A stretch of 61,947 nucleotides of DNA, from assembly GCA_902602795.1 (NCBI GenBank), contig CACKSF010000003.1, positions 1 through 61,947 of the forward strand. The letters run 5' to 3'. Every line of letters begins with the position of its first letter. The first letter of the stretch is position 1. The notes beneath the pieces are model-generated. The model saw only the letters and a program-made list of their open reading frames with translations, did no database searches and had not been told where the DNA came from. The DNA comes from an uncultured Fidelibacterota bacterium (GTDB lineage: Bacteria; Fidelibacterota; Marinisomatia; Marinisomatales; UBA1611). This document shows positions 1 to 9,486 of the stretch, in pieces. Position numbers and translations under genes: made by a program.

Positions 1-2
1 TT

Positions 3-1466
3 AACCCCAAAGAGGATGATAATTTTAAAGTAGTCCGTGCTGCGTTAGACCTGATTCAATCAGAAAAATTAAGTGCAAACATATCTAAATCCACAACTGC
101 TTTTTTAAGCTTCTTTGACAGAAGATGGTGGAGAGAGAATGATGTTTTTATCAAAGCAGTTGATTTAGATCAAGATAATCCTACTCCCCAACCTTATTAT
201 GGAAACAATCTTGTACGGGTTGGTAATGGAGTAGATAATTTTGGAATCCTGAGGACTTTTTATGTTGCTGGTTTAAAAGAATCTTACAATATTGATCATA
301 CTTTCTTAGGAAATCCATCTACTATGGAGACAGGGTGGAGAGTCTACTGGGAAAGGTTTATCGATGACAGAAAAACTGGTTTTACCTCAGATTCAGTATT
401 TGCTACAGATGCAAGAGAAGGAGTCTATTTTCGAGGTAGTGGAGATTCTCTGGTCATATATCCAGGGTCCAATAGTCATCATTATGAAACTGCAGCATTT
501 TCTGCATTTATCTCTGAGTCTATTGATTTTGGTACATTAACTATTAGACCAGGTCTTAGGTTAGAGATTTTTGAACAAGCGAGAGTAGATAGATTGGCCG
601 GTTCTTTATATCAGGATAATACTCTTGTTGTCTCTCTTCCTGGTATTGCCTTCTCAAGCAACATATTAGGTACTATGATATTTGGTGGTGTTCACAGAGG
701 GTTTACACCACCTTCAAGCGGCGCTTTGAAAATTTTAAATTTTGGGGAAGGTCTTGAAGATTCTGGTCTTGATTTAGAAGCAGAAAAAAGCTGGAATAAA
801 GAAATTGGTATAAGAGGTAGTTTAGCGCTGTTTGATTATGAAATTGCAGGTTTCCATATTGATATAGAAAATTTAGTTGCTGCAGGTAGAGGGACAGCTT
901 TTAAAAATCTAGGCAAGGTAAAGTCTCAGGGAGTAGAGGTTCGAACGGATTTCTTATTATCTAAAATGAGTAAACTTCTACCCAATTTAGGTGTCGCGTA
1001 TACTTTACTTTCGACTGAAGTATTGGATGGAGCAATTTTATCCAATATTCAGCCAGTTGGCACAGAGGTCTCTATAAATGGTAAAGAGCTTCCGTATTCA
1101 CCAGACCATACTTTAAACGTGGGTGTTGAGTTAAACCCTGTATCCAGCTTCTTTTTCCGATTAGATTACAAGTATGTAAGCAAAGTATATACTGATTTTC
1201 AAAATTTAGAAGATGAAGATGACAGAGTAGGATATAATTTGGGTATATCGGGACCAATTCCAGCGTACAGTCTTATAAATTTATCTAGTAGCTATCAATT
1301 TTCTCAAAAAATCAAATTATTTCTTTCTGGAAAAAATATTACGGATGAAGTATACATAGGTTCTAGGTTGCACTCGAATCCTGGGCAAAAAGATGCAAAC
1401 ATAAGTTCTGGAATTCTACCAGGTGCTAGAAGACAAATTAACTTAGGAATAGAATATACGTTTTAA
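3..1466 (+). CDS. TonB-dependent outer membrane receptor (FecA-like iron receptor), 5'-truncated by the window edge
   Basis: The frame of ORF 324..1466 reads as coding from position 3 (NPKEDDNFKVVRAALD...). Barrel-type motifs TIRPGLRLE, GVHRGFTPP, AEKSWNKEIG, GKELPYSP, KNITDEVY and a C-terminal aromatic residue (GIEYTF). Confidence 0.9.
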   Translation, partial: NPKEDDNFKVVRAALDLIQSEKLSANISKSTTAFLSFFDRRWWRENDVFIKAVDLDQDNPTPQPYYGNNLVRVGNGVDNFGILRTFYVAGLKESYNIDHTFLGNPSTMETGWRVYWERFIDDRKTGFTSDSVFATDAREGVYFRGSGDSLVIYPGSNSHHYETAAFSAFISESIDFGTLTIRPGLRLEIFEQARVDRLAGSLYQDNTLVVSLPGIAFSSNILGTMIFGGVHRGFTPPSSGALKILNFGEGLEDSGLDLEAEKSWNKEIGIRGSLALFDYEIAGFHIDIENLVAAGRGTAFKNLGKVKSQGVEVRTDFLLSKMSKLLPNLGVAYTLLSTEVLDGAILSNIQPVGTEVSINGKELPYSPDHTLNVGVELNPVSSFFFRLDYKYVSKVYTDFQNLEDEDDRVGYNLGISGPIPAYSLINLSSSYQFSQKIKLFLSGKNITDEVYIGSRLHSNPGQKDANISSGILPGARRQINLGIEYTF

Positions 1467-1483
1467 AATTTTTTTAATCAGTT

Positions 1484-1502
1484 ATTGAGAATAAGACTTA
1501 AT
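1484..1502 (+). promoter_or_regulatory. Fur-like box 1 (ATTGAGAATAAGACTTAAT)
   Basis: Imperfect 19-bp palindrome upstream of the DUF4856-type gene; near-identical to the sites at 5728 and 16687. Confidence 0.7.
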
Positions 1503-1524
1503 AACATAACAAAGGAAAAAGTAC

Positions 1525-2811
1525 ATGTTAACTAATAGTAAATGGTTGTATTTCTTGTCTTTTATGCTAATGTTTTCTGTTGGCTGTGAAGATGAAGAAG
1601 CAGCAGATGATCATGATGATCATACAACAATAATGGAAACACCAACAGAATATGTTTTTGAAAGTCGTTTTGAAGAACATGAAGGCGAAAGCAGTGTTTC
1701 GTATTCAGGTCAAGTTGTAAGACAACTTCTTGTGAATGATATTAAAACTCAAATAGGAACAGATGCCGGTTCTGGAGATGCAACGACATTACTTAGCATG
1801 ATGGCTAATGATGATGCAAACAGAATGATTTTAACTTCAACAACACCTTCGTCCATGCAGACAAAATATCATGATATCTCAACAAGTCATTTAAATGATA
1901 GATTGGATGCGGTATCTAGTTACGTTCTTCCTGGATATGAAATGAATGCAGGTGATGCTATTGCCGGCTGGGTTACAGATGCTGTAACCAATGGAAAAAC
2001 GAATGCAGATGGAATTCGATTAGATCAGATGGTACAAAAAACACTCTGGGGCGCTGTAGCGTATTGGCAAGGTACATCAAAGTACATGTCCAAGATTCCA
2101 AATGATGACAACACTATGTCCGACGACGGGGATCCTTATACTGCGATGGAGCATCATTGGGATGAATCATTTGGATATTTTGGAGCTGCTAGAGATTATA
2201 ACACTGGCTATAGCGATGACAATGCCAGAAAAACAACCCAAAATGATTCCAATGGGGATGGATCCATTGACTTCAAAACTGAGTTTAACTCTGGATGGGG
2301 CATAACAGCAGCAAAAAGAGACTTGGTTGATGGAGTTAGTGTCGATTATGATTTTACAGGCACTATTATGAATGCATACTTGGAAGGAAGAACTTTGATC
2401 TACAATCAGGCTCCTCTTGATGAGATATTAGTTCAAAGAGATATTATCTTAAACACCTGGGAAAAGGTAGTTGCCGCAGTAACGATTCACTATGTGAATG
2501 ATGTTGCAGCTGATATGGCAGCACTTTATCCTGCAGATTCAACCGCAGGACCATTATCAGATCTATCCGCAGATTTAAATAATCATTGGGGTGAAATGAG
2601 AGGCTACGCAAATGGTCTTCTTTATAATGATTTTAAGGTAATTTCTGACAGTGATTTGAATACAGTTCTTACCACTATGGGCACTTCACCCGTCTATCCT
2701 GAAGACGGTGAGTTTGCATTCTATACATACCATGGAATGTTATTAACTACGGTTAAGAGTCTTTTACAGGCTGCTTATAGTTTTTCAGACGAGCATATGG
2801 CGAATTGGTAA
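1525..2811 (+). CDS. DUF4856-type (imelysin-like) iron-regulated lipoprotein
   Basis: Lipobox FSVGC, His/Asp-rich N-terminus, SVSYSGQVVRQ and MEHHWDESFGYFG motifs, DSNGDGSID loop; lies downstream of a TonB receptor. Confidence 0.75.
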   Translation: MLTNSKWLYFLSFMLMFSVGCEDEEAADDHDDHTTIMETPTEYVFESRFEEHEGESSVSYSGQVVRQLLVNDIKTQIGTDAGSGDATTLLSMMANDDANRMILTSTTPSSMQTKYHDISTSHLNDRLDAVSSYVLPGYEMNAGDAIAGWVTDAVTNGKTNADGIRLDQMVQKTLWGAVAYWQGTSKYMSKIPNDDNTMSDDGDPYTAMEHHWDESFGYFGAARDYNTGYSDDNARKTTQNDSNGDGSIDFKTEFNSGWGITAAKRDLVDGVSVDYDFTGTIMNAYLEGRTLIYNQAPLDEILVQRDIILNTWEKVVAAVTIHYVNDVAADMAALYPADSTAGPLSDLSADLNNHWGEMRGYANGLLYNDFKVISDSDLNTVLTTMGTSPVYPEDGEFAFYTYHGMLLTTVKSLLQAAYSFSDEHMANW

Positions 2812-2838
2812 ACTAACTTTAGTTTAAATTAAACCATG

Positions 2839-2872
2839 ATAAGGGGTCCTGTTTTAGGACCCCTTATTTTTT
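2839..2872 (+). terminator. Rho-independent terminator
   Basis: Perfect 12-bp stem ATAAGGGGTCCT-GTTTT-AGGACCCCTTAT followed by a T run. Confidence 0.9.
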
Positions 2873-2890
2873 GTTTATATTCTCCCCCCA

Positions 2891-4312
2891 ATGACAATGA
2901 AAATATCAAACCGCAATCTTATCATATTTTTATTTTTTGTCTGTCTTCTTTCTAGAATTGCAACTAGCATTTTTCATATTGAGGATATTGATAGTTTGAG
3001 GTTCGCTTTGAGTTTGCATGAGTTTAATGTTTTGAAGTTGCAACCTCATTTTCCAGGATATCCAGTATTTATAGGTATAGCAAAAGGGCTTTACTTTATA
3101 ACGAAAAGTATGGGAATCACTTTTTCTATTATCGGAGGTTTATCATTATTCGTATTAATTATTTTTACATTAAAATTATTTTATTTAAAATTGAATTCAG
3201 TACAAGGTTTATTGTGCACTTCTCTTCTTTTTTTAAATCCATTTTTTTGGTTAATGAGTAATCGGTATATGCCAGATTTAATGGGCCTTTGTGTTTGTAT
3301 TGCATGTCTTAATTTTCTTATTACTTCTGCAAATAGATTAAGATTTTTGTTAATAGGATTCTTCTTAGTAGGAATTCTTTGTGGTACCCGTTTATCCTAT
3401 GTTCCTCTTTTAGCTTTACCGTTCATTTATCATATATATAAAAACAGTAACAGGCATTATCTCTTCTTCAGCTTTTCTTTTGGTTGTCTAATATGGTTAA
3501 TTCCATTTGTATGGATTATCGGATTGGATTCATTATATATTGCTGCATTCAAACAAACCGTGGGGCATTTTTATGATTTTGGTGGGACTGCAATAACAGA
3601 TGGAGTCTGGCATCATAGAATAGTGAGTATAATAAGATCCATATGGGCAGATGGTTTGGGTGGTTTTTGGTTAGGAAGATCCTGGCAGACGCTTCTTTTA
3701 ACTGGGCCGATGGCATATTTTTTTTATCACTCTATTATTAATCTTAAAATCAAAAATTTAACCCAACATCAACTATTAATTGTAGGCTCTTTGTTCTCTT
3801 ATTTCGTTTGGGTTTTTCTCTTTCAAAATATCATTCACAAAAGTAGGCATATCATGCCCCTAATTGGATTCTTTATCATTCTTTTGAATATGGGAATAAC
3901 CAGGGCAAGAGTAAAAAATAGTTTAAGGGGAAATATTTTAACTGGATTATTACTTTTGAGTTTATTTAATGTAACATTGGTACTTACTTCGCAGCATCAA
4001 AATCCAAACGCAATTTCAAGCATAAAAGATTCAATCATAGAAAAGGATATTCGTTATCCTATTGTTAGTATACCGCTCATCAATTATTACTTAAAAAAAC
4101 ATGGATTGGATAATGAGTTTTTTGATATTGAAGATATAATGGATATAGATCCAGTTAAAATTCTAGAAAAGGATTCACTACTTTTAATTGGAAATTTTGA
4201 AAAGAGATTTTTAGACCATTATGTGCTTACTTATGATAGCACATATTATCACAATCCTTATATGAATAGAATGTGGTCAGAAATCAATGTATCTAGTCTA
4301 AAGAAGAAATAA
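2891..4312 (+). CDS. Polytopic membrane protein, GT-C (PMT/ArnT-like) glycosyltransferase superfamily
   Basis: Many hydrophobic segments; acidic loop after TM1 (EDIDSLRFAL) followed by QPHFPGYP, as in GT-C-like proteins. Confidence 0.6.
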   Translation: MTMKISNRNLIIFLFFVCLLSRIATSIFHIEDIDSLRFALSLHEFNVLKLQPHFPGYPVFIGIAKGLYFITKSMGITFSIIGGLSLFVLIIFTLKLFYLKLNSVQGLLCTSLLFLNPFFWLMSNRYMPDLMGLCVCIACLNFLITSANRLRFLLIGFFLVGILCGTRLSYVPLLALPFIYHIYKNSNRHYLFFSFSFGCLIWLIPFVWIIGLDSLYIAAFKQTVGHFYDFGGTAITDGVWHHRIVSIIRSIWADGLGGFWLGRSWQTLLLTGPMAYFFYHSIINLKIKNLTQHQLLIVGSLFSYFVWVFLFQNIIHKSRHIMPLIGFFIILLNMGITRARVKNSLRGNILTGLLLLSLFNVTLVLTSQHQNPNAISSIKDSIIEKDIRYPIVSIPLINYYLKKHGLDNEFFDIEDIMDIDPVKILEKDSLLLIGNFEKRFLDHYVLTYDSTYYHNPYMNRMWSEINVSSLKKK

Positions 4313-4313
4313 A

Positions 4314-5651
4314 GTGCTGAAAAATAATTTTTCTCAGATTGATGTACTTGGTGCAGGACCCGCCGGACTTGGGGTTGGTTATTTTGCAAAAAAATATGGA
4401 ATTCCTGTTTCGATTTTTGAGCTTTCAAATAGCGTAGGAGGTAATTCGAGAACGATTTCAAATGGAGAATTTCGTTATGATACTGGAGCTCATCGTTTAC
4501 ACAATAAGCATAGTAGTGTTACTCAAATTGTTAAGGATCTGCTTGGCGAAGATTTAAAAAAAGTAAACGTTCCTAGTAAAATTTATTATAATCAATCTAT
4601 GATTGATTTCCCATTAAATTTTATTAACCTTTTACAGTGTTTGCAGACCTCTGCCTTAATAAAAATTATTAAAGAAAATCTTTTAAATCGGATAAAGCCA
4701 AAAAGAGATATAAAAAGTTTTAAAGATCTTGCCTATCAAAGTTATGGTAAAACACTGTCTGAATTATTTTTAATCAATTATACAGAAAAACTATGGGGCA
4801 AAAATTCAAGTGAACTGGACCCAAATATATCTGGTAAAAGATTAAAGAACCTTGATTTTTTTTCGATAATCAAAAGTTTGATTCTTGGAAAATACAATAC
4901 AAAACATTTAGATGGGTCCTTTCTTTATCCAAAACATGGTTTTGGTACCATATTTGATGAATTAGCAAATAATATTGGAAATGAAAATATTTTCTTAGAT
5001 TCTAAAATTGAAAAAATTATTCATGATGGGAAAAAGATTAACCAAATAGTTTATTCCAATGGAAAATCTTTTAAACCAGGAATGGTTGTTAATACTCTTC
5101 CGCTTACCATTCTAGGCAATGTATTCGATCCAAAGCCTCCATCACATATCATAGAATGTATTAATCGAATACAATTTAGAGATGTAAGGTTATGTATTTT
5201 ATATTTAAATAAACCCAAATTTTCTAGCAATGCCTCTTTATATTTTCCAGAATCTAAATTTCCTTACAATCGTATTTATGAGCCTAAAAATAGAAGTGAA
5301 AAAATGGCTCCTCAAGATAAAACCTGTATTGTAATTGAATCTGCATTCAGTAGAAAAGACAGAGACAGTATGGATTCTGCAGAAAGTTTTTACAAGAAAA
5401 TTAGGAATTCACTTGTTTGTGAACGTTTTATACAAAAAAAGGACATCCTTGGGTACGAAATAGGTTTTATATCAAATGCCTATCCTATTATCGACGTTGG
5501 AATTCAAAAAAGGATAACTCCAGTATTATCTTATTTCAACTCATTTGATAATCATATTTTGCATGGTAGGAATGCAGAATTTCAATACGTTCATACTCAT
5601 GATTTATTAAAAAGTTCAGAAAATCTTGTTAGTGAATTTTTGCGTAAATAA
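4314..5651 (+). CDS. FAD-dependent oxidoreductase (amine oxidase/HemY/UDP-galactopyranose mutase-like superfamily)
   Basis: GAGPAGL dinucleotide motif, VGGNSRT, DTGAHRLH, YTEKLWG, FLYPKHGFG, NAYP, GRNAEFQY. Confidence 0.75.
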   Translation: MLKNNFSQIDVLGAGPAGLGVGYFAKKYGIPVSIFELSNSVGGNSRTISNGEFRYDTGAHRLHNKHSSVTQIVKDLLGEDLKKVNVPSKIYYNQSMIDFPLNFINLLQCLQTSALIKIIKENLLNRIKPKRDIKSFKDLAYQSYGKTLSELFLINYTEKLWGKNSSELDPNISGKRLKNLDFFSIIKSLILGKYNTKHLDGSFLYPKHGFGTIFDELANNIGNENIFLDSKIEKIIHDGKKINQIVYSNGKSFKPGMVVNTLPLTILGNVFDPKPPSHIIECINRIQFRDVRLCILYLNKPKFSSNASLYFPESKFPYNRIYEPKNRSEKMAPQDKTCIVIESAFSRKDRDSMDSAESFYKKIRNSLVCERFIQKKDILGYEIGFISNAYPIIDVGIQKRITPVLSYFNSFDNHILHGRNAEFQYVHTHDLLKSSENLVSEFLRK

Positions 5652-5695
5652 TATTATTTGGGAACTATAAATTTTATCATATAACTATAAATAAT

Positions 5696-5746
5696 TTGGA
5701 AAAAAGGCATTATTCCTTTAGAATCTTATTGATAATGAGTCTCATT
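5696..5746 (+). promoter_or_regulatory. sigma70-like promoter plus Fur-like box 2 for hmuTUV
   Basis: -35 TTGGAA (5696-5701), 17-nt spacer, -10 TAGAAT (5719-5724), box ATTGATAATGAGTCTCATT (5728-5746). Confidence 0.75.
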
Positions 5747-5764
5747 TTTAATAAGAAAATAACA

Positions 5765-6661
5765 TTGCTAGCGGAAAAATATAGTTATTTATCCCTTAAA
5801 TTTTTTTTAAAAAGTATGATTCTATTGTCTTTTGTTTTGTCACAGGATGATTTGCAGGATATTTGCTCAGTAGCAAAAGATGGTTCGCGAGTTGTTATTG
5901 CTGGTGGCTCTATTACTGAAATCTTTTATTTGTTAGGAATTGAGGATCGTATTGTTGCTTTGGATATTACTTCGACCTATCCTGAAGAAGCTAAAAAGTT
6001 TCCATCTGTTGGTTATGTCCGAATGCTTTCTGCAGAAGGGCTATTGTCTATGAATCCTTCCATCATTCTAGGTGAAAACGATATGGGTCCTCCGAACGTA
6101 ATTGAACAAGTTAAACAGACAAGTGTTGAGCTAAAAATAATTCCGGAAGAAAAATCAATTCTAGGCATAATTCAAAAGATTAGGTGTGTGGCCAGTGTTA
6201 TGGGAGTTTCGTCTTTAGCTGAAGACTTCATCAATCATGAATATATGGAAAAATATGATCAAATTATACAAAATCAGAGTAAAGTATCGAGCAAGAATAT
6301 ATCAGCAATGGTTATTTACTCTATGCAAGGCACTTCTCCTATTGTTTGTGGTACTGGAGAATCAGGAGACGCTTTTTTAAAATTAATAGGAGCCAAAAAT
6401 GCGTTTGCATCTTTTGAAGGTTGGAAACCGGCAAGCGCAGAGTCAATAATTACAAATGATCCTGATTATATTATAGTAACCAGTCGATTATTAAAGAGAT
6501 TCTCTAGTATTAAAGAATTAAAAAAACATCCGTCTTTATCACAGACTACAGCAGCTCAAAGTGATAACATTATTGCAAAAGATGGAATGGCTATGATGGG
6601 CTTTGGTCCAAGAACCCTCGATTGTGCTCTCGAGGTTTCTAGGATAATCTCTAGCGATTAA
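5765..6661 (+). CDS. hmuT: Heme ABC transporter substrate-binding protein
   Basis: GGSITEIFYLLG, DITSTYP, VGYVRMLSAEG (heme-ligand Tyr of ShuT/PhuT/HmuT), GFGPRT. The ORF-track start at 5696 overlaps the promoter, so the true start is probably TTG 5765 or ATG 5816. Confidence 0.9.
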   Translation: MLAEKYSYLSLKFFLKSMILLSFVLSQDDLQDICSVAKDGSRVVIAGGSITEIFYLLGIEDRIVALDITSTYPEEAKKFPSVGYVRMLSAEGLLSMNPSIILGENDMGPPNVIEQVKQTSVELKIIPEEKSILGIIQKIRCVASVMGVSSLAEDFINHEYMEKYDQIIQNQSKVSSKNISAMVIYSMQGTSPIVCGTGESGDAFLKLIGAKNAFASFEGWKPASAESIITNDPDYIIVTSRLLKRFSSIKELKKHPSLSQTTAAQSDNIIAKDGMAMMGFGPRTLDCALEVSRIISSD

Positions 6662-6662
6662 C

Positions 6663-7694
6663 TTGAGCAAAAAAAGATTATTTAGTGCTCCCTATTTAAA
6701 ACCTAATCAAATATTTTTGATTGGAAGTTTGCTATTTATTCTTGTTATGTCCGTTTTTTCTGGTTTGATTCTTGGTAGTTATTCTGTACCACTATTAGAT
6801 ATTATTTCAGGAAAGTTAGATCCATTACAAAAAACCGTACTTATTCAAATAAGATCACCAAGAGTTGTTTTGGCAGGCTTTGTAGGCGCTTCCCTCGCAC
6901 TTTCTGGCGCGTCTCTACAAGGCCTTTTTAGAAATCCACTGGCTGACCCAGGATTAATAGGAGTTTCTGCTGGAGCAGCTTTAGGTGCCACATCTATTAT
7001 CGTTTTAAGTAACCACTTTGTTCCTGAATTTCTAGCAGGTCCATTCTTGTTGCCAGTTGCTGCTGTTGCAGGGGCTATGGTAGTTATAATGTTGCTTTTT
7101 ACATTAACAAAAGGATTTCAGTCTAAAGGTACCACTTATATGTTACTTATCGGGATTGCGATAAATTCTATCTCTGGGGTCTGTATTGGTTTTTTAACAT
7201 ACATAAGTAGTGATGCAGAACTAAGGAGCTTAACATTTTGGACCATGGGAAGTTTTGGTGGAGTCAGTTGGCCTTTATTAGTACCGGCTATTATTTTAAT
7301 CTCTTTTTTTCTTTTTTGGGCCATTCCGTCATCAAGAAACCTCGATTTACTTCAGCTAGGTGAAATAGAAGCACAGAGATTGGGTGTAAACTTGAAAAAA
7401 TTAAGATTTAACATTATTTTATCTTCTGCGGTGATTGTGGGGATAAGTGTTTCGCTCTCAGGAATGATCGGTTTTGTTGGTTTAGTAATACCACACTTAG
7501 CTCGCTTGATCGGTGGGGTGAATCATAGCTATTTATTAATATCCTCGGCAATAGCAGGATCTAGCCTTATGATTTTAGCCGATCTTATAGCAAGAACATT
7601 TGTTCCACCTGCAGAATTGCCAGTGGGGCTAATAACTAGCGCCATAGGATCTCCTTTTTTTTTATATTTGATTATAAGTAGTAAAAAGTTATGA
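6663..7694 (+). CDS. hmuU: Heme ABC transporter permease (FecCD family)
   Basis: IRSPRV, QGLFRNPLADPGLIGVSAGA, GMIGFVGLVIPH, ELPVGLITSAIGSPFF. Confidence 0.92.
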   Translation: MSKKRLFSAPYLKPNQIFLIGSLLFILVMSVFSGLILGSYSVPLLDIISGKLDPLQKTVLIQIRSPRVVLAGFVGASLALSGASLQGLFRNPLADPGLIGVSAGAALGATSIIVLSNHFVPEFLAGPFLLPVAAVAGAMVVIMLLFTLTKGFQSKGTTYMLLIGIAINSISGVCIGFLTYISSDAELRSLTFWTMGSFGGVSWPLLVPAIILISFFLFWAIPSSRNLDLLQLGEIEAQRLGVNLKKLRFNIILSSAVIVGISVSLSGMIGFVGLVIPHLARLIGGVNHSYLLISSAIAGSSLMILADLIARTFVPPAELPVGLITSAIGSPFFLYLIISSKKL

Positions 7695-8464
7695 GCATCA
7701 ACATCGATTCAGTTTCTTTAAATATTAACGGTGTTAGGCTTATTAAAAATATTTCATTTATAATCAATCCAGGTGAGTTGATTACAATTCTTGGTCCGAA
7801 CGGATCAGGAAAATCAACCTTATTGAGAGTTATATCAGGTGACTTATTACCCACAAAAGGGGAAGTAGAGATTGATAATGTGCCTCTATCTGATATGAGT
7901 TTTAAAACACAAGCTTTGAAAAGAAGTGTCATGTCTCAATCTCAACAGGTGCTATATGATTATTCAGTAGAGGAGATCATTGAAATGGGTTGGGTTGATT
8001 ATGCAGATAATTGTGGTGTTGAATTAATAAAACAAAAGTGTATGAAAGCAGCAAAAGAGTCTTTTGTTGATCATTTACTCAAAAGAAACTTTAACACTCT
8101 CTCAGGTGGTGAACAAAGAAGGGTCCATTTCGCGCGAACTTTATTACAAATTGACCACCAATATGATAGTATTGGGAATCGATACATATTTCTCGATGAA
8201 CCCACAGCTAATTTGGATTTGCTTTTTGAACTCAAATTGATTCGTTTACTCAAAGCGAAAGCAAAACAGGGCATAGGTGTTCTATTAATTATTCATGATT
8301 TAAATTTAGCTTCTAAATTTTCTGATAAAATAGCAATTTTAAAAAATGGTAAAGTAGGCGCATTTGGACAACCCTTTGAGGTTTTTAAAAGTAAAATACT
8401 AAGCGATATTTTTGGTTTAGCTATGGATGTTGACTCAAAAACTTTAAGAGTAACCTATTATTAA
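7691..8464 (+). CDS. hmuV: Heme ABC transporter ATP-binding protein
   Basis: Walker A GPNGSGKST, LSGGEQRRVHFARTLLQ, FLDEPTANLD, HDLNLA. Confidence 0.92.
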   Translation: MSINIDSVSLNINGVRLIKNISFIINPGELITILGPNGSGKSTLLRVISGDLLPTKGEVEIDNVPLSDMSFKTQALKRSVMSQSQQVLYDYSVEEIIEMGWVDYADNCGVELIKQKCMKAAKESFVDHLLKRNFNTLSGGEQRRVHFARTLLQIDHQYDSIGNRYIFLDEPTANLDLLFELKLIRLLKAKAKQGIGVLLIIHDLNLASKFSDKIAILKNGKVGAFGQPFEVFKSKILSDIFGLAMDVDSKTLRVTYY

Positions 8465-8473
8465 AAAAAAAGG

Positions 8474-9211
8474 ATGGGAATGAAAAATTTTAATAAAAAT
8501 CATGAAAAAGAGGCAACAGCATTCTATAGATCTGATAAAATAGCAATCCTTTCCACAATTTCTAAACAATATGACGGTTATCCTTTTGGAAGTTTTGTGA
8601 CATATGTTTCAGGCTGGGATAGGACTATTTTTCTATATTTAAGTGATCTGGCAGATCATACTAAAAATCTAAAAAAAGATCACAGATCTTGTATTACGAT
8701 TTATAAAAAAAACGAGTCCGGAGACCTTCAAGATAGCGCTAGGTTAACTTTAATCGGAGATTTGAAGAAGGTTCAAGAAGAGGTTTATGAAGCATGCAAA
8801 GAAAGGTTTTATAATTTTTTTCCAGAAAGTAAGGCTTATGAACAAATGCACGATTTTAACTTTTATCAAATTTCCATATCTCAAGCAAGATGGATTGGTG
8901 GATTTGGAAAAATTTCTTGGTTGGATCCTAAAAATTGGAAAAGTGTATCAGTCGATTGGTTTGGTAGTGAAAAAAATATGATAGATCATATGAATGAAGA
9001 CCATTCAAATACAATTCGATCTGCATTGCATGCAGTGCACGATATCAAAGATAAAGAGGCTGTAATGATTGGACTTTCGATTGATGGATATTATATCAGA
9101 TCAAAGGGGAATGTGTTTTTTATAAATTTTGATTATCCGGTTTATACATCAAAAGAATACAGGAATGTTTTGATCGAACTATCTAAAAAATATAGGTCTT
9201 CCGAATTCTAA
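8474..9211 (+). CDS. HugZ/HutZ-like heme utilization protein (split-barrel PNPOx-like plus DUF2470)
   Basis: GYPFGSFV, SDLADHTKNL, ARLTLIG, RWIGGFG, IDHMNEDH; last gene of the hmu operon. Confidence 0.85.
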   Translation: MGMKNFNKNHEKEATAFYRSDKIAILSTISKQYDGYPFGSFVTYVSGWDRTIFLYLSDLADHTKNLKKDHRSCITIYKKNESGDLQDSARLTLIGDLKKVQEEVYEACKERFYNFFPESKAYEQMHDFNFYQISISQARWIGGFGKISWLDPKNWKSVSVDWFGSEKNMIDHMNEDHSNTIRSALHAVHDIKDKEAVMIGLSIDGYYIRSKGNVFFINFDYPVYTSKEYRNVLIELSKKYRSSEF

Positions 9212-9223
9212 ATTTTAAAAATA

Positions 9224-9412
9224 TTAAAAACAAGTACTAAAATAAGATACTCCTAACCAGGGTATTATAATATATAAAGAACCTTTTATTGAAAAAAACA
9301 GAATGAAAATAATTACTACTTTTAATCCTTTTTCCTCGACGAGATTTTTTATCCCACCATGTTTGTAAGAATCTATGCAGGATTTTATAAAATTAGATTT
9401 TAAAAGCTTCAA
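9224..9412 (-). CDS. Small hypothetical membrane protein (62 aa)
   Basis: Fills the gap downstream of ALAS; hydrophobic C-terminal half (IIFILFFSIKGSLYIIIPWL). Confidence 0.5.
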   Translation of the reverse strand: MKLLKSNFIKSCIDSYKHGGIKNLVEEKGLKVVIIFILFFSIKGSLYIIIPWLGVSYFSTCF

Positions 9413-9486
9413 GATACTTAATATTCATTAATTGGTATAGAAATGATTAATGAATTTAAATAGATTTTGGTTATAAAAGGCCTTTA

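Noticed and set aside
4314-5651. Calling the FAD protein HemY protoporphyrinogen oxidase
   Set aside because: HemJ already fills this step in the operon, and the motifs and GT-C neighbour fit the sugar-related branch better.
5696-5764. ORF-track N-terminal extension of hmuT
   Set aside because: It overlaps the -35/-10 elements and the Fur-like box.
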